A stretch of 64,000 nt of DNA from Haliotis rufescens (lineage: Eukaryota). Shown here piece after piece: positions 1 through 10,820 of this stretch. The first letter of the stretch is position 1. The number at the start of each line of letters is the position of its first letter. Location: contig NW_025963868.1 in NCBI RefSeq assembly GCF_023055435.1, forward strand, positions 22,754,001 to 22,818,000. Direction: 5' to 3'. Both the position numbers and the translations under genes were made by a program. The notes beneath the pieces were generated by a model. It did not search any database, was not told the DNA's origin, and was given only the letters and a program-made list of their open reading frames with translations.

Positions 1-4
1 TTTA

Positions 5-159
5 GTGTGTGAGTTATACACCCCTTTTAACAATATTCCAGCAATATCACGGCTGGGGACACCAGAAATGGGCTTCACACATTGTACCCATGTGGAAATC
101 AACCCTGGGTCTTCGGAGTGACAAACAAACACTTTAACCACAAGGCTACCCCACCGCCC
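5..159 (-). mobile_element. SINE family A copy
   Basis: Matches the family A consensus. Confidence 0.85.
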
Positions 160-221
160 AACAACGTGATGATTAAATAGAATGGTGAAAAAAACAACTC
201 TCCTCAGAGCGCAGTACTTAC

Positions 222-288
222 AGAAATACATTATCAAAGTTTCCGTCCTTGTCACATATCCTGAGGACATGTTGTAGCATCACTGTTC
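222..288 (-). CDS. NAA50: NAA50 coding exon 4
   Basis: ttccag|GTVMLQHVLRICDKDGNFDNVF|gtaagt. Confidence 0.93.
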
Positions 289-405
289 CTGGAACATATT
301 CAGACAATGTCAGCCCCTGTATACACACATACTGAAGGAAACAAATAATGGAGGTGACAATTTGTCAACGCTAACTACAACCAGGGTTAGAAGTAAGGTC
401 CTTGA

Positions 406-664
406 TTTTGTTTATTTGTTATTTAATGCCGCACTCAGCAATATTCCAGCTATATGACAGCGGTCGAGACTGTAAATAATCGAGTCTGGATCAGACAATC
501 CAGTGATTGATATCATGAGCATCGACCCACGCATTTGGGATCGGTGACATGTATCAACCAAGTCAGCGAGTCTGACCACCCGATCCCGTTAGTCGCCTCT
601 TACGACAAGCACAGTCGCCTTTTACGGCAAGCATGGGTTGCTGAAGACCTATTCTAACCCGGAC
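406..664 (-). mobile_element. SINE-like family C (no tRNA head, (ACAA)n-type tail)
   Basis: 13-bp TSD GTAAGGTCCTTGA; core TGCTTGTCGTAAGAGGCGACTAACGGG. Confidence 0.9.
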
Positions 665-1174
665 GTAAGGTCCTTGACGTATCATAGCATATGGACGTCC
701 CTAATTTCAAACCCTGTTTAGAATCCAATTATTGTTTGTTTGTTGTTGAACTCCACACACAGCAATATTCCAGCTGTGTAATGGTGGCCTGTAAATATTC
801 AAGACTGGACGAGATAATAGTGATTCATATCTTGTTCATTGTTTAACGCCGCACTCAGCAATATTCCAGGAATATGACGGCAGTCTATTCATAATCAAGT
901 CTGGACCAGAAAATCCAGTGATTGACATCATGAGCATCTATCTGGTTGTACTAGGCTGGACTAATGCTGATCATAAAGTGCCAGCATACTGAGATACCAT
1001 GCCACGGTTCAACATGCATACCCCATTCAGACAGTGCACAGACTCCAAGCCGACCAGGCTTTGTTTTAGCCCCTTAATGCTGAACTAGAAAGGGTAACAA
1101 CACGGCCTGCTCTCTGCACAGGTGCCCTATCCCCTAGACCACGTAGGCGGTGTGCCCCCGAGGGGGAGACTTAC

Positions 1175-1294
1175 CTATGCCCAGTCTCCTGTACGGCGCC
1201 AGACAGCCCAGAGTCATAATGTAAAGTCTTCTCTGGTTCTCGGACGTGTCGATCCTACAGCATACTGCTCCTATAACTATGTCATTGTAGTAGG
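1175..1294 (-). CDS. NAA50: NAA50 coding exon 3
   Basis: tttcag|AYYNDIVIGAVCCRIDTSENQRRLYIMTLGCLAPYRRLGIG|gtaagt; includes the GNAT acetyl-CoA motif RRLGIG. Confidence 0.96.
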
Positions 1295-2310
1295 CTGAAA
1301 CACAGAGTGAGTGAGTGAGTTGTTATTAACAGTATTATGGAACTACAGCACACTGCTCCTATAACTATGTCATTGTAGTAGGCTGAAACACAGAGTGAGT
1401 GAGTGAGTTGTTATTAACAGTATTATGGAACTACAGCACACTGCTCCTATAACTATGTCATTGTAGTAGGCTGAAACACAGAGTGAGTGAGTGAGTTGTT
1501 ATTAACAGTATTATGGAACTACAGCACACTGCTCCTATAACTATGTCATTGTAGTAGGCTGAAACACAGAGTGAGTGAGTGAGTTGTTATTAACAGTATT
1601 ATGGAACTACAGCACACTGCTCCTATAACTATGTCATTGTAGTAGGCTGAAACACAGAGTGAGTGAGTGAGTTGTTATTAACAGTATTATGGAACTACAG
1701 CACACTGCTCCTATAACTATGTCATTGTAGTAGGCTGAAACACAGAGTGAGTGAGTGAGTTGTTATTAACAGTATTATGGAACTACAGCACACTGCTCCT
1801 ATAACTATGTCATTGTAGTAGGCTGAAACACAGAGTGAGTGAGTGAGTTGTTATTAACAGTATTATGGAACTACAGCACACTGCTCCTATAACTATGTCA
1901 TTGTAGTAGGCTGAAACACAGAGTGAGTGAGTGAGTTGTTATTAACAGTATTATGGAACTACAGCACACTGCTCCTATAACTATGTCATTGTAGTAGGCT
2001 GGAACACAGAGTGAGTGAGTGAGTTGTTATTAACAGTATTATGGAACTACAGCACACTGCTCCTATAACTATGTCATTGTAGTAGGCTGAAACACAGAGT
2101 GAGTGAGTGAGTTGTTATTAACAGTATTATGGAACTACAGCACACTGCTCCTATAACTATGTCATTGTAGTAGGCTGGAACACAGAGTGAGTGAGTGAGT
2201 TGTTATTAACAGTATTATGGAACTACAGCACACTGCTCCTATAACTATGTCATTGTAGTAGGCTGGAACACAGAGTGAGTGAGTGAGTTGTTATTAACAG
2301 TATTTTGGAA
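1255..2310. repeat. Tandem array, 88 bp x 12, overlapping the NAA50 exon 3 acceptor
   Basis: Unit CTACAGCACACTGCTCC...GAGTGAGTGAGTTGTTATTAACAGTATTATGGAA; near-identical copies. Confidence 0.97.
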
Positions 2311-5042
2311 CAGTTTTCAATTATATCACGGTGTGTCAGCTTAATGTGGGAGGAAAGCCATGAGCACAAATCTGTACTGAAATACTCAAATTCATCATGT
2401 AATTACACTGTCTGGTTGTAGAACGAGTTCATAATATATCTGCACTTATGTTGGTAATCTATATTATTAATTGTATTCAACAATTCATTCAATATTGTCA
2501 CCGTTATTTACAGCAACCACGCTCATATTATCGCTTTTGATGCTAGAGAATGGATATATATATCATAAATGCCATACATTTAATCGCTGAAAGTCATACT
2601 TGTTGTAGTTTGACAATTATATGTCAACATTAAGTTTTCGCAATCGTTGGCGCATGGACGGTGATTGGTCTAATTCTTCCATTCGAAAACATTTCAGCTG
2701 AACCAAAGTGCTACGCTTATGGTTATTAATTTATTTCACATGTATAAAGTAAATATGCAACTACACATGATATTGGAATAAATTATTCCTGATAAAATAA
2801 TAGTTTCAGATGCAATTCTTCCGCTCATTGTATTAAAATTCTTTAAAGTTATATTATTGGCCGAATCACTGATAGATTCCGAGAAACGTTTGTACAGCTG
2901 AATGCTACTTCCGGCTTAGTTTACGAGACAAGACACACGGTAATGTTAATCTCTGCATATAAAACAATGCCAATCAGAACAGGAAACAATTTAGTCGGCT
3001 AATCATTATGTTTAGTGATGTTTTATCTCAAATTTCAAATTTGTATTGACCAAGTTTATTTGATATAATCTGTTCAGTTTCCCTGAATTCGCTGAAGGGC
3101 TACGATGTAACTTTGCGGAAGACACACACATTTTTATTGCAAATGTAGAGATTTTGTATGCACTAGTGATGTGCTTTATTCTGATTCGCCAGAGTATATA
3201 AATTAGTATTGATTTCCCGCTTATTTTACGAGACAAATAACCTCTGCGTATGAAACATTGTCCCTCATACAGTACACAAATAACATTGACTTTGTATTTG
3301 AATACCATCATCATGTCTAGTGATGTTGTATCGCAAACTGAATGTTTTTATTGACCAAATTTGCAAACAGCAAAGCAAGCACACAAACTCCCATTGCCGC
3401 CATGACTATAACACACGAGATGCGCAGTAAAGCAGTGCGCATGAGAAGGGAAGTAACTGCATGTTATATTGGATCGCATTGTTTTTAAGTATTGCAGCAT
3501 TTCACAGTTTAGGTCGTGTGGTCGCGACGCGAAACATTTAAGGATATTATTTTTTGGAAAATGGAAATAAAAACGAAACGTGCGGCGGACTTTACGATGA
3601 TGTGGTGGTGCCTGACAACCAAGAATTCTTTTTTAGCCTTATAAATCTGTTTTTGAACAAATCAATGGCTATATTCACATAAGCATGATAAGTATATGCT
3701 TTGAATGAATTCAGCCTGTCTGTTACCATCACGGTTTCCCCTTGTCTATCTTTAGTGCAAGCAAATCACATTTCGCTTTGCTTCGAGGTTAACTATCTAT
3801 TTGTAGCAAACAACGAAAAAAGAGAAAAATGTGACTGAATTTTATGTAAATGACATGCAAATTTAACAAAGTTACCTGAGAGATGACGTCATTGTATGGA
3901 ACATAATGTAAAAAGAATTAAAACCAGGTAATTTTCATACTTTTTTTTATTTGCTAAAAGTTGAGACAGACAAAATTTAGGGGTGAACTGGTAGTTTCAA
4001 AAGTCAACGGAAACACTGGCAACTCTGCACAGTGAATTGCAATGCCTTAGACGACTGGGCGACCCGAACAGTGAGTGACGACACACTTACTGACCTATAC
4101 ACCTGCAGACTTTTGGTATATCTAAACAAGTATTTATCTAGGATATAACAAACTTAAATGAAGTAACAAATGATCAACAAAAAATGAATTAATTATTTTA
4201 CCATGAATCATGATGAATTCAGAATATACCAGATTCTGATTGGTCTAGCAGAGGTTTCAAATCACAATAACCAGCAGTGTTTAAAACAACTGATTTGATG
4301 ACTGTATTGCTGTGGGAGAATATGTTTCAAGAAAGGTACTCTTCCAATCACTGTTGGTTTGCATTTTGAAATATCATGTTATTTTCAACGTACAAAATGA
4401 AGGTCCTCCAATATTCAAAGTATGTTTGGCTATACATCTTGAGCAGAAAACAAAACACAAATTGACCTAGAGTATATTTCAAGTTTTAGGGAGATCTTGA
4501 ATTTTTTTCAAGCCTACTAAGACGTGTTCCAATCAGCTGAGTGAGTCACATCACAGGTGAGCAGCTTAGAACTAAACACTGCCAGGATTGATTAACCATG
4601 TACTTCAAAACAAATCCAACTCTTGAAAAACTTATATTTCTCCATTTGCTTCTACTTCTACCATGTTCTACAATTTGTTCAAAATATGAGATGAGTCGAG
4701 ACTGAACACTAATATTCATCAGTCCTTGGTATCGAAAGAAACAAAAGACTGGACTATGCGAAGACTGTTTCTGAAGGAGTGATCAAATGAGTGAGTATGG
4801 TTTTACGCTGCTTTGAGCAATATTCCAGCAATATCACAGCAGGGGGACACCAGAAGTGGGCTTCACACATTGTACCCATGTGGGCATTCTACGTGGCATT
4901 ACTACCCACTTGAAGCCTTCTATAACTGGACATATCATTTTGGACCATTTTTGGCCACCAACTGTTGGGTTAGGCTTGCTGCATAACCAACATAGACAAG
5001 CCATGACCAAATCTGACCATGCAAGAAAACAAAGGCTTTTAC

Positions 5043-5179
5043 CAAGTTTTGCAAGTTCTCCCACTTCTAGGACGTCCTTGTAGAACTTGTCATTGTAGGT
5101 GACTGGGAACACCACCTGGTTCAATCGCTTGAGCTGCTTGATGTTGTGCGGGGTTATGTCCCCTAGTTCTATGCGACCT
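5043..5179 (-). CDS. NAA50: NAA50 coding exon 2
   Basis: ttgcag|..GRIELGDITPHNIKQLKRLNQVVFPVTYNDKFYKDVLEVGELAKL|gtaaaa. Confidence 0.96.
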
Positions 5180-5217
5180 CTGCAACAAATACATGCATGG
5201 GTTAATATCGTTTTTAT

Positions 5218-5813
5218 AATTTATAAGCCCCCTAAAAATTTAAAGTTGGCGGGTTAGTGTTTGTCAACGCCTAGATTACAATATTAATGTCTCGGTTGTA
5301 TAAAGCCAATCGCTCTCCTTCCAAGATTCATCGTCCCGAGGCAAGAGAGTTAACTGACTTTAAAAGTCCAGTTTCCACCCTTGCCGAACTAGGCTGGAAT
5401 TACCGGGTTGATCGTAGCGCCACCAGTGGCTATTACCAGTTATGTCCTGTCTAAGCATCGCCTATGGACCAATCAGATTCCACCTCTCGTATCACTTGCG
5501 TTTGCTTCACACAAAATTTATAAGCCCCCTAAAAATTTAAAGTTGGCGGGTTAGTGTTTGTCAACGCCTAGATTACAATATTAATGTCTCGGTTGTATAA
5601 AGCCAATCGCTCTCCTTCCAAGATTCATCGTCCCGAGGCAAGAGAGTTAACTGACTTTAAAAGTCCAGTTTCCACCCTTGCCGAACTAGGCTGGAATTAC
5701 CGGGTTGATCGTAGCGCCACCAGTGGCTATTACCAGTTATGTCCTGTCTAAGCATCGCCTATGGACCAATCAGATTCCACCTCTCGTATCACTTGCGTTT
5801 GCTTCACACAAAA
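5218..5813. repeat. Direct tandem duplication, 297 bp x 2
   Basis: Two apparently identical blocks, including the left end of a MITE. Confidence 0.92.
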
Positions 5814-6169
5814 TGGTGGCGCCCGGTCAGGACGATCTGATAGATAATCAAGATACATATTGTGATAAAACGTGTCTTACATCGCGAAATGCATTAAATC
5901 ACGTGAGCATCTTGATTAAAAACATGAAAAGATTTGGAAAATATCTGCTGACAACGAGTTGACGGTGCACATGCTTTGCAAATCCTACAATTGACCGAAA
6001 TCTGCACGACAGTTAACAAACCGGATTTCTATTTCGGTGCGCATTTTTGATTGGACTATGCATAGACTCGTTAGTCCAGCCAAAATATAACTCCATAACA
6101 CCAGCCTAGTTCGGCAAGGGTGGAAATTGGACTTTTATTGTCAGTTAACTCTATTGCCCCGGGAAGATG
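5626..6169. mobile_element. MITE family 1 (~70-bp TIRs, CATC...GATG ends); relatives at 36233-36738, 48545-48734 and 61058-61131
   Basis: Inverted GTTAACTGACTTTAAAAGTCCAGTTTCCAC arms; imperfect 9-bp TSD. Confidence 0.85.
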
Positions 6170-6352
6170 TCCCAGAGTATGCCGAGCCTAATATTGTTTG
6201 CTTAACGCTGCACTCAGCAATATTCCAGCTATATGCATGATATGATGGCGGACTGTAAATAATGGAGTCTGGACCAGACAATCCAGCGTTTGCCTTGAGC
6301 AACAATCTACGCAATTGAGATACAATGACATTCTTCAACTACCGGTAAGTCG

Positions 6353-6616
6353 GTTGGTTTGTTGTTAAGCGCTGCACTCAGCAATATTCCAGCTATATGA
6401 CAGCGGTCTGTAAATAATCAAGTTTGGACCAAACAATCCAGTGATTGTTATCATGAGCATCGACCAACACAATAAGGAAACGATGACATGCATCAACCAA
6501 GTCAGCGAGCCTGACCACCCGATCCCGTTAGTCGCCTTTTACGACAAGCATAGTCACCTTTGACAGCAAGCATTGGTTGCTGAAGACCTATTCTAACCCG
6601 GATCTTCACGGGTCTC
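6353..6616 (-). mobile_element. Family C full-length copy, nested in an older family C copy
   Basis: 5' end GAGACCCGTGAAGATCCGGGTTAGAATAGG. Confidence 0.88.
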
Positions 6617-7107
6617 AACCAAGTCAGCAAGCCTGACCATCCGATGCCGTTAGTTGCATCTGACGGCAAGCAAAGGTTGCTGAAGACCTATTTTCTACAC
6701 GGATCGCCACAGATCCAGCCAAGTACCGACCCAGAGGGAGGAGGAGTTTTGGGGATCTCATTTTGATATGTGCCCCTGTTGATGTCGATCATCATCTCAT
6801 AAGGAGGATAACATGGGCAATACTAGTTCTTGATCTGACCCAAATGTAAAACGTTAAAGATTTAAGGGATACACAGATCTTGGAAGCAGAGGTCCACACA
6901 TGCCTGTACATAGCCATGATAGCTGGGCATGTGTGGATATATTGAAACGTTTTCTGTTTGTTTGTTGTTGAATGCTGCACTCAGCAATATTCCAGCTTTA
7001 TGAGGGCAATTTGTAAATAATCTGGACCAGACATTCCAGTGATTGATGTCATGAGCATCGACGACATACATTAACTAAGTCAGCAAGCCTCACCACCCGA
7101 TCCCAGT

Positions 7108-7267
7108 GAGTGAGTATTGTTTTACGCCGCTTTTAGCAATATTCCAGCAATATCACGGCGGGGGACACCAGAAATGGGCTTCACACATTGTACCCATGTC
7201 GGGAATCGAACCCGGGTCTTCGGCGTGACGAGCGAACGCTTTACCCACTAGGCTACCCGACCGCCCC
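7108..7267 (-). mobile_element. SINE family A nested in a family C element
   Basis: TSD CCCGATCCCAGT duplicates family C sequence. Confidence 0.9.
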
Positions 7268-8454
7268 CCCGATCCCAGTAGTCGCCTCTTATGACAAGCA
7301 TGGGTTGCTGAAGAACCAATTCTAACCCAGATCTTCATGGGGTATATCAAAATGAAGCATGGGTACCCAGGCCTAGAACAACTTCCCACCCACCCACATT
7401 ATCAGTCAACGTGATTATTGTACATATTATTCTTTCTGATTCTGTCCTTCAGCACACAGTTATGTCCTCTTCTAATGTTCGTGTATAACATCAGGGTCAG
7501 AACACTGACATACTCCATCAGGTGAGCATGTAAAGTCTCATCTTAATACAATGAAGTTCGCACCTAATGGGACTGTGTCCAACTATAACATCACCTAAGG
7601 AGAGTGAAATAAAATTTTATTTAGATTTATTTATCGCATAGATCTATGCAAGGTTTGTGCATGAAGTTGTATGTATAAGCCTCCCAAACAAATGTCCCCC
7701 CACGTTAAATTATGCGGTGATTTTGTTAAATGTTGGTAATTCAAGGATGGCAATATACTCTTGCAACCAAACAATCACACGCTGATAGTCGTCACTCATC
7801 TCAAGTAGATTGTTTACTGTGTTCGTGTTGAATCACGGTGTAAATCCGTAATGTAAGTCCCCACGGTCCCCAGTAATGTGCCCTAAGTTTGGTTTCTGGT
7901 GATCTATAGCACATTTTTATAATGTATTGTTGATTGAAAATGTATTCTTTTAACTGTTCTCAACTAGTTTTAAATTCGAAACTGTGATAGTTATCTAACT
8001 GTCCATCGTTGACAGATTCTTATTAAATGAAATTATAATTAATATGACTGTTTCGTCGCTGAAATATTGCCGATGTGACGTTAAATTTCACTCGCTCTCC
8101 TGCTTCTGAGATGTTTTCCTGGTTTGGCCAGTCAATGTATGGAGGAACCGTGTGAGCTGAACTGCCTTATTTCGCAGCCGTGGTAATACCACTATCGCCC
8201 TACTACCCCATTGACTTTAATATAATCATCATTTTTACGAGATCAGGCTCGATATCAACAGAGGCGCACATATCAAAATGAAATCCTCAACACGACTCTT
8301 CACCCAAACATGACTGATCAAGTCTAGATTTTCCGACATCACGTCATTCATTATTGAGGAACGATGCTATTTGCTGAATGAAGGGTTAGAAAAACTGCCT
8401 TTCTTAACACATTTTAAGTTTTACTGTATCAATCTCCAGATTTTAAATTACAAC

Positions 8455-8462
8455 CTCGTCAT
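8455..8462 (-). CDS. NAA50: NAA50 coding exon 1 (ATGACGAG)
   Basis: ATG ACG AG|GTTGTA; 8-nt phase-2 exon joins in frame to exon 2 and lies next to a promoter-like region. Confidence 0.8.
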
Positions 8463-8509
8463 GCTTGGACAGGAGGCCAGATTTCTTTGAAGTGATCGCC
8501 AATACTCGT

Positions 8510-8630
8510 GCTCCTTCCCGCCGCACTACCGGAAGTTCAGATGTAGACTATCCGCATGCGCTTCCGGAAATACTATTTGTACGACAACCAGATATTTATA
8601 CAAATCGCTAACGAACCTCACGTGAACACT
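8510..8630. promoter_or_regulatory. NAA50 housekeeping promoter (possibly bidirectional)
   Basis: ETS-like CCGGAAG and TTCCGGAA, NRF1-like CGCATGCGC, E-box TCACGTGA (8618-8625), locally CpG-rich. Confidence 0.6.
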
Positions 8631-9068
8631 TACTATTTCACTAAGTGCCTCGCTGTGTTTTTGCATATTTTACCCACGTTGAAACTAATTATCAATTGCT
8701 AGGCTGTATTAGGTGCATTATGAAAAATCTGATTTTTTCTAGATTAATTTATTACAGATAACGCTTTCACTTCAGTGAAAATGCTGATCAATGAATCTGT
8801 CTTGCATCCTTACATTTCATTGTCGAGTGCAACCAAGCAACACACACTTATCAAAATCTTACTGAATGAAAAGTTAATTAATGTAGGCCAATTTGAACAA
8901 TATGTTCGTGATACCAGGTCGTGTCAGCTAATGTGGAAGGACAGCGCAAAGTGTCACAGGTCGTATGTTACTAATTTACAGAAACTATCAGACTGGTGCT
9001 GACAGACCAAGTTTCATAATCAGGTTATTCTGGGATTCAAACCTCCATCAGCGGATCCTGGCACTACC

Positions 9069-9206
9069 GTCCGTCAACTGAACCGAGTCAAGTCGAACTC
9101 CATTAACCATTGGGTGTCTGTGATGTCCAACAGCTACCTGTCCGTCAACTGAACCGAGTCAAGTCGAACTCCATTAACCATTGAGTGTCTGTGATGTCCA
9201 ACAGCT
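9069..9206. repeat. Tandem duplication, 71 bp x 2
   Basis: TCCGTCAACTGAACCGAGTC...CCAACAGCT occurs twice. Confidence 0.9.
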
Positions 9207-9416
9207 GGTTATGTTGGCACAGTGTGTGACGCCGGGATTCCGAGTCTGTTGTCGTTTGAGTCCGAACACACAATGGACTGAACATTTCACTTCAAATGGA
9301 GTTAGTAAGCATCAGATGTCTATGAGCGAAGATTCGGGCTTTTTTTTATCAACATACGATGTGAAATGGGGTTTAACGTGGCGTTCAAGATTATTGCATT
9401 TATGTATATACGAAAA

Positions 9417-9427
9417 CACGCGCGCGC

Positions 9428-9480
<53 letters not shown>
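9417..9480. repeat. (CG)n(TG)n microsatellite
   Basis: Read directly from the sequence. Confidence 0.95.
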
Positions 9481-10744
9481 TGCTTGTACTAGTCCAGAAT
9501 ATGCCAGTTTTCTAGTTCTAGCCCACTGAGACACCATACCCCACTCAGACGCAGTGCTAAACTTGGCCGAGGCGACCAGTCAACGTCTCTCCTAATACAG
9601 CATGAGAGCCATGCAGGCAGGGTAATAATAAATACGTCTTTCGGCATGATTTGTTTGTTTGTTGTTTTACACAGCACTCGGCAATATTCCAAGCCGCGGC
9701 CGGGGATCGAACCACTAACCTTCCGTCCTCGAGGCAGATGCTCTAACCACGAGTCACGGAGCCAGTCCTCTGTGAACGGAGTATACGGTATATATATCAT
9801 TGATTAAAATAATCCCCACGCGCTTGAGGTTTCACACCTTGAATTTAGTCTTTTTGTCATTTTACCAAACAATCTGAAATGACCTCCTTCATCTGTTCGC
9901 CTCATCTTTACACAAGAACCACAGTTAAAGGGAGCAGTTCAATTCATTGTCGGGTGAAAAAAAGGTCCCTTAAGTTTGCAAACACACCACCATTTTCATC
10001 CTGTGATAGATGCTGTTCGTTTTCATAGAACATTTATGACGATAAAAGGTTTGTTTATTTATTTTATTACTTGAACTGTAAACCCTTGACAGCTTGATTT
10101 TGTCGATGGAAAACGTGCAGACCTGTGGAATTATATGTGTTTAACGTCGAGTTCAAGATTATTGCACTTACATAGCCCACCTAGATACCATGCTTCAGTT
10201 TAACACGGATACCACACCTAGACACAGTATACTGACTCCAAGCCAACAAGGCTTTGTTTTAGCCCCTTAATGCCGAGCACCAGGCAGGGTAACAACAAAC
10301 ACCATCTTTTAACGTCTATGACGAGATATGTGTTTTGGAAGTAAACCTAACTACGTTTGCTTCATGTTTGTTTAATGTTTGCTAACGAGGCATATGTTGT
10401 ACATACTTGGCTGTCATACAATATTTCAGTGTATACAGTGACATGATATGTTTAAGAGCTATTATCGGAAATTTAAAACGACAACCTACTCAAAACACTG
10501 AACTCGACACATGCAGCATCACTCATTATATTCCCTAAAGAGTTCGCGTTCTGTTCCAAATTCGATTTAGTCACTTCGAATCTGCAGGTAACCTAGTTCT
10601 ACACCGAATAAACCCCAGTATGTATCTTAAGTGAATACCACGGGAAACATTGTTATTCTAAGTTAAAAGAGCGTATCAACGTCAAACAGAATACCGTATG
10701 TGCTATTGACACATGTAATATGTTGTACGGCATATATAATATGT

Positions 10745-10817
10745 CAAATCGAGCCTCTCTCGCGTCATTTCCCGGAATATTACGAGGTGCAAGATCACAT
10801 GATTTAGGAACATCAAC
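10745..10817 (+). promoter_or_regulatory. Candidate ATP6V1A promoter / 5'UTR exon
   Basis: TCTCGCG, CCCGGAA and M-box-like TCACATGA (10795-10802) before ATG|GTGAGT. Confidence 0.45.
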
Positions 10818-10820
10818 ATG
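10818..10820 (+). CDS. ATP6V1A: Candidate ATP6V1A first coding exon (ATG only, end of a 5'UTR exon)
   Basis: caacATG|gtgagt is a strong donor; splicing to 16710 gives in-frame M-A-G-G-M-D-R; promoter-like motifs just upstream. Confidence 0.5.

Larger units (their letters stand above)
222..8462 (-). other. NAA50: Gene model: N-alpha-acetyltransferase 50 (NatE catalytic subunit), 3'-partial; CDS exons 8455-8462, 5043-5179, 1175-1294, 222-288
   Basis: Spliced translation MTRGRIELGDITPHNIKQLKRLNQVVFPVTYNDKFYKDVLEVGELAKLAYYNDIVIGAVCCRIDTSENQRRLYIMTLGCLAPYRRLGIGTVMLQHVLRICDKDGNFDNVF closely matches Naa50; all introns GT-AG, phases consistent. Confidence 0.95.

Noticed and set aside
1255-2310. CRISPR-like array (also the 61-, 31- and 105-bp arrays)
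   Set aside because: Head-to-tail identical units with no unique spacers, no cas genes, eukaryotic context
2380-4018. 1.6-kb segment between SINE B 3' and 5' fragments, including ORF 3012-3314
   Set aside because: Probably a nested insertion, but no TIR, TSD or recognisable protein could be identified
6520-6616. Canonical HDV-like ribozyme in family C
   Set aside because: Has a CUAA after a hairpin, but no P3/L3 (YCYNCG) segment fits between the candidate P1 strands; kept only as an unknown fold
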